Of a stretch of DNA of 64,000 nt, positions 18,010 to 27,643 are shown piece by piece. The DNA comes from a virus. How positions within the stretch are numbered: position 1 is the first letter of the stretch; each line of letters starts with the position of its first letter. Below the pieces are notes generated by a model, which was not told the origin of the DNA, did no database searches, and was given only the letters and a program-made list of their open reading frames with translations. A program made the translations under genes and the position numbers. The stretch is from IMG/VR virus record IMGVR_UViG_3300042923_000607, positions 1-64,000 of that record; one strand, given 5' to 3'.

Positions 18010-18774
18010 TTATGCTCTTACTAGTTTAAATCCCAAATTATCCGTATATGTAACCATACCTAATGAAATTAAATAATCTACAACTGTCTTAGCTCCCTCA
18101 TAAGTCCACTCAAAAGTTACATCTTCTTTCTCTTCTTTTGTATTTGGATCGGTATAGGGATTAATCTTTTCTATTATTAACTTTGTATTTGGATACTTTC
18201 TCAAGAAATCTTCTTTTATTTGAGATGTTTTAGTATAAACTCCAGCCTTTTTAAGATTCGCTGCTAACGTTTGTGGTTTTGTATCTAATTTAGTTGCTAA
18301 TTGTGTTTTTGAAAGTCTTTCATTAGTATCGCATAAAAATCTTTTGTACCTATCTACTTCTTCAAGGAGCTTTTCATTTTCACCTAATTGTTCAATTAAT
18401 TGTATTAATGCATCTTTATATGTAGAGGGAATCATTCTTGTGCTTTGTCTTTTTATATGATCTTCCATTTTATTAAATGCTTCGATAAAATCCAACTTCC
18501 ATCTCAGAGCTTCCTTACCGGTAAACCCCATAGCCAGCAAAGAAAATCCATCCCTAGTTAATTCAAACATTGGATATTCTTGATTATTTTGATCATTAAC
18601 ATAGTATCTTTCTTTAAATAGGTGTGCACAATTTTGAGCAGACCCCAGTTCATCTATTATTTTTCTAATGTCTCGAATAACATTCCGGTGTTCTTTGTTA
18701 AACTTCTCAGCCACATATCTGCTGTCGGTTAATACTTCTCCATTCATTTCTTTTAATATTATTTTATTTTCCAT
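18010..18774 (-). CDS. rha: Rha family phage regulatory protein
   Basis: TDSRYVAEKFNKEHRNVIRDI...LTRDGFSLLAMGFTGKEALRWKLDFIEAFNKME. Confidence 0.9.
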   Translation of the reverse strand: MENKIILKEMNGEVLTDSRYVAEKFNKEHRNVIRDIRKIIDELGSAQNCAHLFKERYYVNDQNNQEYPMFELTRDGFSLLAMGFTGKEALRWKLDFIEAFNKMEDHIKRQSTRMIPSTYKDALIQLIEQLGENEKLLEEVDRYKRFLCDTNERLSKTQLATKLDTKPQTLAANLKKAGVYTKTSQIKEDFLRKYPNTKLIIEKINPYTDPNTKEEKEDVTFEWTYEGAKTVVDYLISLGMVTYTDNLGFKLVRA

Positions 18775-19042
18775 ATAACTTCCTTTCTGAATCAAAAATT
18801 CCTTTTATTCTTATTTTCTTCTTATTTTTATCTTGTCGGTAATACAGGTGATCGTAGATATTCCTATAACTCCCATACAAATTAATTCAACATAAGGCTT
18901 CAGCACATAATAATAGTTCATACAATATCCTCTCTTTCATTAAATTTATTTTCCTTATAATCACTCTCCATTTCTTTATCTTTTATGTGATTTATACATT
19001 TTAAGCATTCATCAGTATCTTCGTATGGACATCGGTCGCAAC

Positions 19043-19288
19043 TTAAATATTTTCCGTATTCCCACATGTCTTGCACACCCGTTTCCCTATATCATAATAG
19101 TTTACAGTTTCACCTAGACATCTTTTACATTTTGAATCATTTGTTTTATATGTTAGTTCTTTAACGATTTTTCGTAACCTTAGTGTTTCTTGGCATTCCC
19201 TTATGTAAAGTTGCTTATAATGTTCCAAATAATCGGATGAGACCGATTCTGGAACATCAATGATAACCCCATTTAACATTTTTCTCAT
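19043..19288 (-). CDS. hypothetical protein with zinc ribbon
   Basis: CKRC...CKTCG. Confidence 0.65.
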   Translation of the reverse strand: MRKMLNGVIIDVPESVSSDYLEHYKQLYIRECQETLRLRKIVKELTYKTNDSKCKRCLGETVNYYDIGKRVCKTCGNTENI

Positions 19289-19431
19289 AGTCCCTCACTC
19301 CCTTCTTTAAAGAAATCTTCTCTTTCTTCCTGAGTCATAAGATGGAGTCTTTTACTATTATCCTTCCTGGTTAACTTCAAATTTTTCTTTTGTAATAAAT
19401 ATTTGATTATTTTTAACATCATAAAATCCTC

Positions 19432-19617
19432 CTAGTTCCTATAATCGTTTAATTTCTTTATTAGCTCGTCGCAGCTATCTTTTCTAGTCTTGTGATCTAA
19501 AAATTCTTTTGCCGTTTTACATTTCTGTATCCACATGAACTCATTACAGGATTCTTTTACAAGAATATCCCATATCAAGTTAATTGAATCCGTCTCTAAT
19601 GGTACATTGACTGTCAT
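19432..19617 (-). CDS. hypothetical protein
   Basis: ORF with GGGAGG RBS downstream of a promoter. Confidence 0.65.
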   Translation of the reverse strand: MTVNVPLETDSINLIWDILVKESCNEFMWIQKCKTAKEFLDHKTRKDSCDELIKKLNDYRN

Positions 19618-19734
19618 ATGACCCTCCCTCTATATTCTTTATTCATACTCCAATTGTAAAACTCCCCTTTTAAATATGTACTGTTACATATGTTATCCAG
19701 TAGTGATTGTAAAGTTAATTTGTATTACAATAAT

Positions 19735-19763
19735 ATTATATCACCATTTATTTCCTCTGTCAA
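19735..19763 (-). promoter_or_regulatory. consensus sigmaA promoter
   Basis: TTGACA-17nt-TATAAT with extended TG; 12-bp repeat at 19765 abuts the -35. Confidence 0.85.
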
Positions 19764-19801
19764 TTGTTTTATATGTTATTTTGTAAAATATTTATTTTTA
19801 T

Positions 19802-19823
19802 AGGCAGCCATTATAGGCTGCCT
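19802..19823. terminator. Hairpin, likely terminator
   Basis: AGGCAGCC-attata-GGCTGCCT just after stop of 19832..20176. Confidence 0.55.
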
Positions 19824-19831
19824 TCTCGGTT

Positions 19832-20176
19832 TTAATATAATGTTGTAATTGAAATGCTCTTACCTGAATTAAAATTAATCTTATAGCAATCTGCAAAATC
19901 TATATTTTCAATATTATTAATTAGAAAACCGCTATTAAGATTGAATGTGGGATCTTCCATAATTAGAATACCTGAATCAATGATGCAGCTTATAGCCTCA
20001 ACTTTATATGTAATCTCTTTGTTTATTTTTTCATATATAAGAAATCCGGTAGCACCATTAAACTGATCCCAATCAATTTTGTCTATCAATTCTTCCACTT
20101 TTTTCTTTTTTACCATAAATACGAATCTCCCTTCTTCGCTTAAAAAAACTTTAACTTGTAGAATAGGCAGATTCAT
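19832..20176 (-). CDS. hypothetical protein (start uncertain, possibly 20116)
   Basis: ORF; internal GAAGGGAG RBS precedes MVKKKK. Confidence 0.6.
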   Translation of the reverse strand: MNLPILQVKVFLSEEGRFVFMVKKKKVEELIDKIDWDQFNGATGFLIYEKINKEITYKVEAISCIIDSGILIMEDPTFNLNSGFLINNIENIDFADCYKINFNSGKSISITTLY

Positions 20177-20280
20177 GGTATTATTACCTCATACCTATCC
20201 AATGGATAATGGTTATCATTTTTGAAGTACAGGAGGTCGCCAAACTTTACTGTACTTCTCTTTTTTTCATCTCTCAATCA

Positions 20281-20329
20281 GAACAAATGTTCTTTTATAT
20301 AATATAACACGTTTTAAGAAAAATATCAA
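20281..20329 (-). promoter_or_regulatory. Promoter with LexA (SOS) box
   Basis: TTGATA-17nt-TATATT followed by GAAC-ATTT-GTTC at 20281-20292. Confidence 0.7.
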
Positions 20330-20407
20330 TATGATTTTTATCTGTTTCTGTTTTATATGTTTTATAATAAATTATAATATATGGTGGAAGTTTATCCACC
20401 AATATTA

Positions 20408-21394
20408 TTAAAACAAATCTATAAAATCTTTAAGTCTATATCTCAACATTCTCATTGCTATTTTTGAACCAAATTCTTCTATATATTGCTGTGTTTCTTT
20501 TTCATAAACATATTCGTGCCCTGATTTCTCTGTGAACACCTGTTTAAGCGTAACCCCATTTAACTCATGTTTTTGCTTAATAAAATTTATTAATCCATTC
20601 AAATAAAGGTTCCCACAATTAATCATTTTATTTCCAATTATTCTTTGAATGTCTCTGTATTTAGACATTATAATAGTGTTACTTGCTCCTGACGCTGCTG
20701 ATTTTTTGCCTGCTGACTTGATAATATATTTGCTTTCGGCATATAGTCTTGACTCTTTATAATTACGAGCTTCTTCTATTCCTTCAGGATGATACCATGT
20801 TTCTTTTTCTGCTTTTTTTAATATTTGTATAAATGTATCATCAACTCTAGCCACTCGACCATTAACCAAAGTAATTGCTTTTTCATCTTCATTCAAATCA
20901 GATAATTTTAGTCCCAATATTTCTTCATATGAATTACCCCATATCCCTATATAGGGTGAATATAATAATAATTTAATCACATAATCATCAAAAATATCCA
21001 TATAGTCCTGTATCGTTTCAAGTGGTATATATTTTTCTTGAATTATTTCAATTGGAATAACGTCGTCTATTATAGATTTTGAAAAATTTATTGCGTAATA
21101 ATTTTTAACATTTTTCCCATCAATAAATCCTTCTTGTAAACAAAATAAAAAATACCTATTAAAATAGAAACATACAAGCGTCAGATAATTCTTTGATGTC
21201 GCATTAAAATATTTGAGCAACCTATACACCTGAGTAGAGTTGAACATTGATAAATCTGAATTTTCATCTATCTCGATAGTTTCTGCTCTTTTAAACATTC
21301 TTTCCACTGTAAATTTAACTTGATCGTCATAATTACAGTAGTCGCTTTCTATAAATCGTTCCTTTAGTTTTCTAGACTCTTCTATATTAAACAT
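20408..21394 (-). CDS. MrpR/YopR-like lytic-cycle repressor (integrase-like fold, catalytic residues absent)
   Basis: 328 aa; FKRAETIE...DLSMFN, LLLYSPYIGIWG...EEILGLKLSDL, NLYLNGLINFIK; no R/HxxR/Y tetrad; directly downstream of a YopQ-like gene. Confidence 0.7.
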   Translation of the reverse strand: MFNIEESRKLKERFIESDYCNYDDQVKFTVERMFKRAETIEIDENSDLSMFNSTQVYRLLKYFNATSKNYLTLVCFYFNRYFLFCLQEGFIDGKNVKNYYAINFSKSIIDDVIPIEIIQEKYIPLETIQDYMDIFDDYVIKLLLYSPYIGIWGNSYEEILGLKLSDLNEDEKAITLVNGRVARVDDTFIQILKKAEKETWYHPEGIEEARNYKESRLYAESKYIIKSAGKKSAASGASNTIIMSKYRDIQRIIGNKMINCGNLYLNGLINFIKQKHELNGVTLKQVFTEKSGHEYVYEKETQQYIEEFGSKIAMRMLRYRLKDFIDLF

Positions 21395-21396
21395 TG

Positions 21397-22647
21397 TTAT
21401 CTCACCCCTTCAATAATCTTGTCTAATTCGTTCATTTGTGTTTTAGTTGGCTTATTCGCTATTTTAAGATTTTGCATGTAGTCTTTAAATGAATTTAGCT
21501 CTATCAGTTTTTCAAAATCATACTCTTTTATTATTAATTTATTTATAATATAGATATATGTGAACCAATCCTCTTTGCTCAGTGAAGATTTTTTCTTGTC
21601 ATGAGCTATTAAGTAATTTAAATTATCAGAAATAATTTCATAAATTTCGAATTGATTATCCTTATTTACATCCATTATTTTTTTTATAATTTCATAGATA
21701 TAAACATTTAACTTGCTATCAATAGTACCTTTTAGCCTGGATCTGGTTGAAGTGTTTAACTTATTTATTATATACGAGATTGGATCTGAGCCACTAATCC
21801 TTATAGATTGAGACTTTGATAAGTGTGTCTTTCTGTCCATTTGATATATATAATCTCTTGCTTTTTCAGTATCGAAAAATGTCAAATAATAATCACACGG
21901 ATAATTCCAATCCTGATTATTCCTTTTAACCGCCAGTTTCGATTCATGGTTATGGAATCCATCAATTAAATCAAGTTTTAATTCTTTTGGAATTATTAAA
22001 TCTCCGTCTTTTATTAATACCGTATTTCCGCCATTTATTTCTGGATTTATATTTATTGTTCCTATTGTGGGGAATTGAGTCAGGTCTTGCATGCCATTTT
22101 TAATTTCCTTCAAGGCCGTCTTGTTTAGATTAAGTTTAACAATCGGTACCCCGTCATTCTCTACAATTATTAAATCTCTTTGAGTGTCAGGATTGTATCT
22201 TAGCTTATTATAAAAATCCCATTTCTCAACTTCATTTACATCGGTATGAATAAATATATAGTCGTATGGATATATGTTCACTCTAAACCAATTACCAGAT
22301 TTTATTACAATGTCAAAATCTTCTTCTCCTTTGTCTGACATTATCCTTTTACCATATTCTTCTTTCTCAAGTTCATAAAAATATGAATCTTCGTTTAGAG
22401 CTCCGGAGTTTATCCTATCGTCACTAATAGAAACCTTCTTAATTGATTTCATTAACTTATATAACATGTGGTAAGGCAAAGTCTCAACTCTGAGTATTCC
22501 ATTGAAAATATCAATTGTCTTGTCGTACCCCACGTTATAATCTTCTTTCAGGGAGTACTCGATTTCTCTTCGGACTGTTCTAGGTAGCTTATTAATGATT
22601 GCTATTTGCCTCATTAATTCCTCTCGTAGTGCTTTATCGTCTTTCAT
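21397..22647 (-). CDS. YopQ/DndB-like (DGQHR/ParB-like) protein
   Basis: YNPDTQR and LIDGFH motifs; ATG at 22647 with AGGAGG RBS. Confidence 0.65.
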   Translation of the reverse strand: MKDDKALREELMRQIAIINKLPRTVRREIEYSLKEDYNVGYDKTIDIFNGILRVETLPYHMLYKLMKSIKKVSISDDRINSGALNEDSYFYELEKEEYGKRIMSDKGEEDFDIVIKSGNWFRVNIYPYDYIFIHTDVNEVEKWDFYNKLRYNPDTQRDLIIVENDGVPIVKLNLNKTALKEIKNGMQDLTQFPTIGTININPEINGGNTVLIKDGDLIIPKELKLDLIDGFHNHESKLAVKRNNQDWNYPCDYYLTFFDTEKARDYIYQMDRKTHLSKSQSIRISGSDPISYIINKLNTSTRSRLKGTIDSKLNVYIYEIIKKIMDVNKDNQFEIYEIISDNLNYLIAHDKKKSSLSKEDWFTYIYIINKLIIKEYDFEKLIELNSFKDYMQNLKIANKPTKTQMNELDKIIEGVR

Positions 22648-22683
22648 ACTTATTCCTCCTACGAACAAATATAATATATTTAC

Positions 22684-22712
22684 ATAATAGCATTTATACA
22701 TAAATTTGTCAA
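22684..22712 (-). promoter_or_regulatory. sigmaA-type promoter for the yopQ/mrpR-like pair
   Basis: TTGACA-17nt-TATTAT with extended TG. Confidence 0.75.
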
Positions 22713-22732
22713 TATGTTGTTATATATTTTGT

Positions 22733-23140
22733 TTAGGCAAAAGAAAATTGACTTTTATTATCAATTATAAAACGCACACTTTTCTTAGGGAGTATTTGGA
22801 TCGCTAATCCATTATCAATCATATCCATATCATAGGAATGCATTTCTCCTATTTTTTCTTTTATAAAACGCTTATCTATAGAATCTACACTTTCACATAA
22901 AGCTATACTTTCCTCTGGCAGCTCCGTATAACTTATATGTATGTGCGTAGAAAGATTATTCTTTGTCATTTTTGTTGTTAGTGGAACATACTGTACTCTA
23001 TTGCAATATTTATTGTTTGCATCATTTGATACAATTACGCATGGTCTACAACCAGCCTGTTTGTTGGGATCAGTAATCACCTTTGGAATATCAATATAAA
23101 ATATATCTCCTCTTTTAAGTAACATATTATTCTCTTTCAT
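22733..23140 (-). CDS. PemK/MazF family endoribonuclease
   Basis: KRGDIFYID...QAGCRPCVIVSNDxxN...VPLTT...SIALCE...IDK. Confidence 0.9.
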   Translation of the reverse strand: MKENNMLLKRGDIFYIDIPKVITDPNKQAGCRPCVIVSNDANNKYCNRVQYVPLTTKMTKNNLSTHIHISYTELPEESIALCESVDSIDKRFIKEKIGEMHSYDMDMIDNGLAIQILPKKSVRFIIDNKSQFSFA

Positions 23141-23299
23141 TATTATCTCTCCTTTTCAACTCGTGTTTTCTTGTTTTATATGTTTCATAGTTCTCCCTTC
23201 TGTGTGAAGTTTAAAAAAAGTTATAGTTATAATAAATTATCATCGACACATCCTCTCCGTTTCATATAGTTTTTATATGTTCTATATATCATGTCTTAA

Positions 23300-23328
23300 A
23301 CTATAATACAACAAATAGAACATGTCAA
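23300..23328 (-). promoter_or_regulatory. sigmaA-type promoter upstream of the mazF-like gene
   Basis: TTGACA-17nt-TATAGT. Confidence 0.6.
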
Positions 23329-23456
23329 CACCTTTTTATAAAAAAGTTGTAGCATATTCGAAATATTAATAATTTATGGTATTTATTATTACTTTTTATC
23401 TTCTGTTTAGGTATAATTTGGATATACAATCAAAATAAAACTACTCTTTTTTATTC

Positions 23457-23753
23457 TTAATATAATCTCAATGCCCACTTGTAATCCTCATTTGAATGAA
23501 ATAATACAACCATCATTTGAATTTCATTAATCGTTACAACACAGTAATAATTAAAACCGAATAAACTATTTGGCATTACCTTCTCAACCCTATCAATAGG
23601 AATTTTTTCACTTGTCCCATCTGGATTATTGTATCTGAAATATAATGGTCTACAGTTTCCTTCAGTATCATAGCTTGCAATTACCGGCACATATTTATTT
23701 TTGTCGAGATCCAACTTAAATGTAGGTTTTGGTGTATTATTAAAGAAGGGCAT
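23457..23753 (-). CDS. hypothetical protein, probably SOS-regulated
   Basis: VPVIASYDxxGxxRPLYF...IDRV...YYC...KW; ATG at 23753 with GAAAGGA RBS. Confidence 0.7.
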   Translation of the reverse strand: MPFFNNTPKPTFKLDLDKNKYVPVIASYDTEGNCRPLYFRYNNPDGTSEKIPIDRVEKVMPNSLFGFNYYCVVTINEIQMMVVLFHSNEDYKWALRLY

Positions 23754-23773
23754 TTCAACTTTCCTTTCAATGC

Positions 23774-23824
23774 AAACGTTTGTTCTGTTTATCAATTATA
23801 CACCACAACCCATATGGGTTTCAA
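23774..23824 (-). promoter_or_regulatory. Promoter with LexA-like box
   Basis: TTGAAA-18nt-TATAAT followed by GAAC-AAAC-GTTT at 23774-23785. Confidence 0.6.
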
Positions 23825-23901
23825 GTCTTAATTCAAACAAATCTACTGTTTAAATATTCCATTTATAATTTAGTTCCTTAATATAAAATTCTCATTTTAT
23901 G

Positions 23902-24093
23902 TTATTTTACACAGTGTTCACAGTTTCTACATACTGAATTAATTTCTTCTTGTATGTCTTGTTTGCTATAAGTTGTTCTAAGCCAGTAAGCATCATCACC
24001 TCCACAAGTAAAATGTATCTCTCCATTTTTCATTGGCTCAGTTTGTAAAAATTGTTTCCCACATATACCAATTATTCTTTTTCTTCGTTGCAT
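23902..24093 (-). CDS. hypothetical protein
   Basis: ORF with AAGGAG RBS. Confidence 0.6.
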   Translation of the reverse strand: MQRRKRIIGICGKQFLQTEPMKNGEIHFTCGGDDAYWLRTTYSKQDIQEEINSVCRNCEHCVK

Positions 24094-24095
24094 CT

Positions 24096-24635
24096 TTACT
24101 CCTTAATCTGTAAATGTTCTATCATTTCTTTTACCTTTTCGATTTCATCTTTCGTATGTGGTGTTCCACCTGCATTCATATCAACATACCACTGTAAAAC
24201 CTCTTCTTCTGTTTTAAGATCATTGACATTTATTTTCATTGTATATTTCATTCGTGGTTGGTCTTCAAATTCTTTAAAAAATGTACCGAATATAGGAATC
24301 TCATTATTAACAAATTTATAAATAGCAGTAATTCGTTGTAATCCATCAACACATACATATTCATTATATGAGCCATCTTTTACTCTTCCATGCCAATCAG
24401 GTTTATTAAAATATATAACTGTTCCAGATTTTCCGCCTTTAAAGAAATATTCTAAGAATGCTATCTGTTGTTGTTCAGCCCACACATGACCTCTCTGAAA
24501 GTTTGGATTAAGTTGTAATCCACTTTCACTTATTTGTTCATTTACCCATTTTACAATATATTTTATATCGAAATCACATTGCCAATTACCATCTCTGGTA
24601 AACTGTGGTATATCTCTAAATTTTGTTATCTTCAT
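24096..24635 (-). CDS. DUF262/ParB-like (GmrS-type) domain protein
   Basis: PNFQRGHVW, VDGLQRITAI, YVDMNAGGTP. Confidence 0.85.
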   Translation of the reverse strand: MKITKFRDIPQFTRDGNWQCDFDIKYIVKWVNEQISESGLQLNPNFQRGHVWAEQQQIAFLEYFFKGGKSGTVIYFNKPDWHGRVKDGSYNEYVCVDGLQRITAIYKFVNNEIPIFGTFFKEFEDQPRMKYTMKINVNDLKTEEEVLQWYVDMNAGGTPHTKDEIEKVKEMIEHLQIKE

Positions 24636-24680
24636 TATGTACCACTCCTTTCTACTTTTAGCATAAAATTTAAGTTTCAT

Positions 24681-24917
24681 TTAGTCAAGTCTACTTACTG
24701 TAATTTTGAATTTGCTTGTAACAATTTTACCAGATTCTATTTCATCAAAAACAGCCACAAATGAATTGTCATTTAAATTTTCTTGTTCATATTGACTATT
24801 GATTAATTCTTCCCATTCATTATATATATTTTTATTTATACATTCATTTATGGCATTTTCTAATATTTTATATACATCATACGTATACACCATTTTTCTA
24901 ATTTCCATCCTCTCCAT
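24681..24917 (-). CDS. hypothetical protein
   Basis: ORF between sites 24663 and 24924. Confidence 0.65.
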   Translation of the reverse strand: MERMEIRKMVYTYDVYKILENAINECINKNIYNEWEELINSQYEQENLNDNSFVAVFDEIESGKIVTSKFKITVSRLD

Positions 24918-25171
24918 TTCTATGTAAAATTACTTTTTTATTTGCAATATATTATTTTCGTAGACTAAATTCTGCTCGTAAATAAGTACTTGCCTCGGCA
25001 ACAAAAACACCTTCTACTGAATCATCTTCATATACTTTCTTTAGTTTTGTTATTGCGAAACCACTATCCTCAGCTTCTATTTCAACTTCATATTCATAAA
25101 TTTCTCTTACAATTCCTCTGTATTTTTCCATAAATACACCTCTTTATTATATTTTAACGTATTTATTAGTG

Positions 25172-25363
25172 TTATTTTATTACATATGAACCAAATTCTG
25201 CACTTGCTATTACAATATCTTTTATAGGTCTTCCACCTTCAGTATTAATCCAAAATTTCTCTATTTTTTCTTTAGCTTCTGTGTCTGTTACTGCTTTACA
25301 ATTTACTGGTACTGTTGCATCATTATCTAATATAATAATTCCTACATAAGTTTCTTCCATCAT
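25172..25363 (-). CDS. hypothetical protein
   Basis: ORF with GGAGG RBS after site 25381. Confidence 0.65.
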   Translation of the reverse strand: MMEETYVGIIILDNDATVPVNCKAVTDTEAKEKIEKFWINTEGGRPIKDIVIASAEFGSYVIK

Positions 25364-25404
25364 TTTATTCCTCCAATCGAATCAAAATCGTTTTCTATCT
25401 ACAT

Positions 25405-25632
25405 TTATATCATCCAATAAGTTTTTCCAGCTACCAAGTCCTCAATCTCACTCTCTTGACGTTTATATATAGTGGCAGCCATAGAAACCATTCCCTCATA
25501 AAACAACTGACTAAAATGTATCTTGTAATCCTTTAGCTTCTCAATTGTTTCAGCAAGTGAAAGAACGCTTTTTGAATCTAAAATTTTTGGTTGCTCTCTA
25601 TCACAATAAATTTCATATCCACTCTTACTCAT
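25405..25632 (-). CDS. hypothetical protein
   Basis: ORF with AAAGGAGG RBS. Confidence 0.7.
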   Translation of the reverse strand: MSKSGYEIYCDREQPKILDSKSVLSLAETIEKLKDYKIHFSQLFYEGMVSMAATIYKRQESEIEDLVAGKTYWMI

Positions 25633-25909
25633 TCCATCCTCCTTTAAATATAAAATAAGATTTCATTTACTCATTTACTTCTTTATCTCTTCCAATGCAC
25701 TCATATAATGTGTTAACTGACTTCTGTATGCTTTGAATTTCACACATTAAATCTGTTTTCTTTCCAATGTTGGATAATGGGTTACTAGAAAGTTACTTAT
25801 CTAGTTTCTTTTGTATTTTCTCTTGATCTGCTTTCAATTCTTCAATTTTCTTATATAATAAATCTTTCCAATTCATCGTAACACCTCATTTCTATACCAA
25901 ATAATGTAT

Positions 25910-26173
25910 TTATTCTCTTTCAATTACTTTTAAGTCCAAACTTCTTACTTTTGCTAATTGCCTCTCTAGTGCTTTAATCTTCTTAGCTCTTAATTCTTCT
26001 GAATATTTAATTGCATCCTCCTCATTATCACACCATTCTCTATTTTTACCATGATAAAGAGCGTCATTGTATGATTCTTTGCCCCTGACTTTAATCATAC
26101 CATTTCCTTTATCTTCTGCTTCGACCTCGCAAATTCCATCAGTTAGAGCATACTTTATAATATAAGCTTTCAT
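25910..26173 (-). CDS. hypothetical phage protein
   Basis: KYALTDGI...EW...A...EELRAKKIKALERQ; between sites 25896 and 26197. Confidence 0.75.
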   Translation of the reverse strand: MKAYIIKYALTDGICEVEAEDKGNGMIKVRGKESYNDALYHGKNREWCDNEEDAIKYSEELRAKKIKALERQLAKVRSLDLKVIERE

Positions 26174-26218
26174 GTAAAATCTCCTTTCCTATATCTATAA
26201 AATCTCTGTTTGGCTCAC

Positions 26219-26425
26219 TTAATCTCTAATCCATTTACCTTGTTTTATTGTAAAATCATATATATTTTTTGGTTCATTCTCTATATAATAATCAAATGCG
26301 TCTGCCAATGCATTATTATAGGCTTTATCTTCAGGTGTACTGGCCGGAATCTTTCTCATTCCAGACAATAAGGTTAAAAATCCTTCCGTGGCACTTATTC
26401 TAGCAGCTCTAACTTCGTCGTACAT
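26219..26425 (-). CDS. hypothetical protein
   Basis: ORF directly downstream of the recombinase. Confidence 0.65.
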   Translation of the reverse strand: MYDEVRAARISATEGFLTLLSGMRKIPASTPEDKAYNNALADAFDYYIENEPKNIYDFTIKQGKWIRD

Positions 26426-26451
26426 AGTAAATCCCCACTTTCTTACTCGAA

Positions 26452-27192
26452 TTATAATATAACATCTTCATAATACTGTTTTACCCATTCACCCTCAATT
26501 CCAGCGTACCTAAGTGTTATTTGAGGTGAACTATGTCCTAACATCTCTTGTATTACTGACAAGAACATAGCATCATTTTTGTGTGCCATAAGCTGCTGAT
26601 ATGCCCACGTCTTTCTTAGGGAGTGAGTCCCAATGTTTACCTTAATGTTACACTCTTTCGCAGCCTGTTTCAAGACTTTATTTAATGATTTTACTTCAAT
26701 GTGCCCCCCCTGTGAACTAGGGAATATATAGTCATCTAATTTAATTTCTTCCTTGTGACCAATGGTATAGTTTGCTACATATGATTTGAACCCGGTGTTA
26801 AAATACAGGTCACGATAGTTTTTGGTTTTTTGCTCTTTTATTCTGTAAAAATCTTTTACTTCAAGATTATCCGTAAGTACATCACCCCATGTTAATCTCA
26901 ATAAATCTCCGGCTCGTAACGCTATGTTTAATCCCATATTAAAACAAAGCAGATGCTTCTCCCACACCTCTTTATGAAAATCTCTCTCTCCATTTTCTAT
27001 CTTATTAGTAAAATACAGTTTCATAATCATTATTTCTTCTTTTGTTTTAAGTGGATATACGGTATGAGCCTTACCTTCTATGGAATTACTTCTGGTTCTC
27101 TTTGGCGTACCATCTTTTTTTAATTTCTTAGAGGCTCTAAAGTTATAAATCTTACAATCTTCTGCTTGCTTTGGTCTATATGCTAATTCCAT
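26452..27192 (-). CDS. Tyrosine recombinase, catalytic domain only
   Basis: ALRAGDL (R), EQKT (K), THSLRKT (HxxR), LGHSS (H), TLRY (Y); only about 70 aa precede the catalytic domain. Confidence 0.93.
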   Translation of the reverse strand: MELAYRPKQAEDCKIYNFRASKKLKKDGTPKRTRSNSIEGKAHTVYPLKTKEEIMIMKLYFTNKIENGERDFHKEVWEKHLLCFNMGLNIALRAGDLLRLTWGDVLTDNLEVKDFYRIKEQKTKNYRDLYFNTGFKSYVANYTIGHKEEIKLDDYIFPSSQGGHIEVKSLNKVLKQAAKECNIKVNIGTHSLRKTWAYQQLMAHKNDAMFLSVIQEMLGHSSPQITLRYAGIEGEWVKQYYEDVIL

Positions 27193-27210
27193 ACTATCTC
27201 CCTTTCTTTG

Positions 27211-27444
27211 TTATGCTACAAACCTATACTTATCCTTAACATATGGTTGAACGGCTTTAACTGCCTCAATAATGGACTTAAACTCCAGGTCTGAGTATTT
27301 GTCTGCCTTCGGGTTTATCTTATCATACAGGCGAATACACAGCCTTCCAATGTCAATATTAAAACCAGCGAGATCAATTAACTGACATAATTTATATTGT
27401 GGTAAACTTGTTATATTTATTGTTTGTACTTCCATATTATTCAC
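27211..27444 (-). CDS. hypothetical protein
   Basis: ORF overlapping neighbour's stop. Confidence 0.65.
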   Translation of the reverse strand: MNNMEVQTINITSLPQYKLCQLIDLAGFNIDIGRLCIRLYDKINPKADKYSDLEFKSIIEAVKAVQPYVKDKYRFVA

Positions 27445-27643
27445 TCATCCTCTTTCTAGTTTCACACGCTTCATTCATTTTTTGCAGTCTTTCAGCAGCT
27501 CCGCGGTGGAACTCAGCTTCCTGTTCTTTTTTATCAGTTTCTTTTTCTTTTTTATGGCCTAAAAAAACTATTAATAAGAAAAACGCAACTGCGGAGGTTC
27601 CTAATCCCATGCTACAATCTCCAATCTGCATTATATTGTGCAT
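27437..27643 (-). CDS. small membrane-anchored protein
   Basis: Hydrophobic AVAFFLLIVFLG followed by charged tail. Confidence 0.6.
   Translation of the reverse strand: MHNIMQIGDCSMGLGTSAVAFFLLIVFLGHKKEKETDKKEQEAEFHRGAAERLQKMNEACETRKRMSE

Noticed and set aside
20408-21394. Functional prophage integrase
   Set aside because: Integrase-like pattern but catalytic R, HxxR and Y are not present; better explained as an MrpR-like repressor
19800-24100. Arbitrium aimR-aimP-aimX locus
   Set aside because: No TPR/RRNPP receptor or signal-peptide-bearing small ORF seen in the window
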